Positions 62,266-64,000 of a stretch of 64,000 nucleotides of DNA are shown piece after piece. The stretch is from an uncultured virus (IMG/VR IMGVR_UViG_3300020215_000003). Its lineage: Duplodnaviria; Heunggongvirae; Uroviricota; Caudoviricetes. The stretch is taken from the IMG/VR virus record IMGVR_UViG_3300020215_000003; one strand, 5' to 3'. The position numbers were made by a program, and so were the translations under genes. The notes under the pieces were generated by a model. That model was not told the DNA's origin. It was given only the letters and a program-made list of their open reading frames with translations, and did no database searches. Numbering within the stretch: the first letter of the stretch is position 1; each line of letters starts with the position of its first letter.

Positions 62266-64000
62266 ATGCTTCCATTCCCTGACCCATTCGACATCTTCCG
62301 CCGACCCCTCGCACCCATCGCCGCGCGGACACCCTCTATCCCTCCCCTGACTCCGGAGGAAGAATCCTCCATCCTGGGGCAGATCGGCCACGGTGCGCTA
62401 TCGGGTCTGTCCTACGTGGGTGGGGCGCTCAACAAACCCGGCAGGGCCATCCGTGGACTCCTGGGTGGTCAGCCAAGGGAGATGCTCAACGTCATCCCCT
62501 TCTCGGATGCGCTGGGGATCACCGACCCCACTCAAGAAGTGCGCGGCACGGACCTGATCGGCGCAGGCAAAGACACGTCATTCTTCTCCCCCGAAGGGAT
62601 AGCAGGGTTCGGCACGGAGATCCTTCTTGATCCCCTGACGTACATGACGTTCGGGGCCTCGGCAGTGAACAAGCTCGGACATGCTGCGAAGAAGGTCGGG
62701 GTCTTGCCCAAGGGAGCGCAAGGAAGATTGGCCGGGGTCTCAGGGGACGCGGCGCAGAAGCTGGCGGACAACCTGGGTGTGGATGTAGGAGAGGTGGCGG
62801 GGAAGAAACTCGGTGGGCACGTAGGGTTTCATCTTCCGCTCACGGAAGCGCGCGGGAGTGCGGACCTGACCAAGCCTTTGCAGATGGGGTCGGACCTTCT
62901 GGGGATGCTTCCCGGCTCGAACGTGGTCAAGGCCACGGGTCAGGTTCTGGGAGAAGTGACGGCCCCATTGCGCCGAGGGGTCCGGGCGATGTTCGATCCA
63001 TCGGTGATGGGTCAGTGGCACAGCGATAAAGCGCAAGAACTCGGACGGAGCGTGTTTGCTGCCCGGAACGCTGCCCGGGCATCAGCACTTGAGGGGGGCG
63101 TGGCCCCGGTGGTCAGAGCAATGGGCGAGGATGCCCTGACAGACCCCCAAGGGCTGCGCACATTGCTCGAAGGCACAGGGCCCGCCTCCCAAGGGGCACA
63201 ACGAGCAGCACAGATCGCCCGCGAGGCGCTGGCCGCTTCTCACGCGAGGGCGGTCAACGAAGGGGTGGACGTCGGGCGCCTGGAGAATTATCTGGGCCGC
63301 CAGGCTACACGCCCGGAGATTGACGTGGGGCGACCTGGAGGGCACGGGACAGGACACCCTCTAGGTCTGGGCGCAAGTTCGCTCATGGCGCGCACCGAGG
63401 TCATCGGGGACCTTCCGACTGAGACCGTGGAAAGGATGGTCCGAGATCCGCGCATCAGCAGCTCGGCGCGTACAGCCAACGCCGCAGACGCAGAGGCGAT
63501 CCTGCGCACGGAGTACGGTCTGACGGCGAACAAGGCTTTCGACGTGGCGCCGTGGCTCTACTCGCTTCACCCCGATCGGCTGAAGATCGGCTACTTCAAC
63601 AAGCACGCGCTCACGGACTACGAGACCAGCCTGGTAGGACTGGATGAAGTGGCAGGCACAGCCCAAGCGATGAAGAACTTCATTACCCAGAACGCCACCG
63701 ATGTTGCAGGACCTGGAGCGAAGCGCATCGGGGACGTGATTCGGGAGATGGGGCTGACGGAGAAAGCGGAGTTCGACATCTTCCAGAAGCTGGGTACACC
63801 AGCAAAGCAGTACATTCCCCAGGATGTGGCCGATGCGCTGGTGCGGGCGACCAAACCCTTCACGATGCCCGAGACCTTGGAGCCGGTCAAGCGCGCGTGG
63901 GACTCGATCCTCAACCTCACGAAGTCCTGGCTCACCCAAGCCTTCCCCAGTTTCCACGTCAGAAACCTCATGTCGGGGATGTGGCAGAACTACGTCATCA
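62266..64000 (+). CDS. Large internal virion/ejection protein, runs off the window end
   Basis: Not in the ORF track. From ATG 62266 MLPFPDPF...LNKPGRAIRGLL...ILLDPLTY; near the window end PSFHVRN. Confidence 0.7.
   Translation, partial: MLPFPDPFDIFRRPLAPIAARTPSIPPLTPEEESSILGQIGHGALSGLSYVGGALNKPGRAIRGLLGGQPREMLNVIPFSDALGITDPTQEVRGTDLIGAGKDTSFFSPEGIAGFGTEILLDPLTYMTFGASAVNKLGHAAKKVGVLPKGAQGRLAGVSGDAAQKLADNLGVDVGEVAGKKLGGHVGFHLPLTEARGSADLTKPLQMGSDLLGMLPGSNVVKATGQVLGEVTAPLRRGVRAMFDPSVMGQWHSDKAQELGRSVFAARNAARASALEGGVAPVVRAMGEDALTDPQGLRTLLEGTGPASQGAQRAAQIAREALAASHARAVNEGVDVGRLENYLGRQATRPEIDVGRPGGHGTGHPLGLGASSLMARTEVIGDLPTETVERMVRDPRISSSARTANAADAEAILRTEYGLTANKAFDVAPWLYSLHPDRLKIGYFNKHALTDYETSLVGLDEVAGTAQAMKNFITQNATDVAGPGAKRIGDVIREMGLTEKAEFDIFQKLGTPAKQYIPQDVADALVRATKPFTMPETLEPVKRAWDSILNLTKSWLTQAFPSFHVRNLMSGMWQNYVI

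Noticed and set aside
57115..64000. Tape measure protein / long-tail module
   Set aside because: No tail tube, sheath or chaperone pair was recognised; the adaptor-nozzle-internal protein order fits a short-tailed phage.

Overview
The whole 64-kb window reads as one GC-rich tailed dsDNA phage or prophage, probably temperate and podovirus-like. Both window ends fall inside genes. Layout: (1) 1-2950, a leftward early operon with an acidic Ocr-like protein, structured intergenic RNAs and an HTH regulator; (2) about 2990-3630, a non-coding repeat region; (3) 3632-9017, a leftward accessory/regulatory operon with a metallophosphoesterase, a LexA DNA-binding-domain-only protein, a sigma70 factor and an RHH-like protein; (4) 9046-10660, divergent promoters, a roughly 400-nt structured non-coding region and a compact tyrosine recombinase preceded by a chain of hairpins; (5) 10846-25673, rightward recombination, replication and accessory genes, including an oversized tRNA-like cloverleaf, a Sak4-like ATPase, a PD-(D/E)XK nuclease, an HNH-containing replication initiator, a methyltransferase with three SPPY motifs and DUF5131; (6) 25855-64000, morphogenesis genes: scaffold, major capsid, FkbM methyltransferase, glycosyltransferase, membrane/protease cluster, terminase, portal, tail adaptor/nozzle and ejection proteins, one of which carries a kinase-like domain. 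The strongest leads are the ncRNA-flanked recombinase, the giant tRNA-like RNA, the putative injected kinase, a Tat-signal peptide that copies part of the neighbouring virion protein, a split nozzle gene and a repeated hairpin-plus-RBS module. All calls come from reading motifs and base pairing by eye; no database search or folding program was run. Several apparent frameshifts and stops may be sequencing errors.
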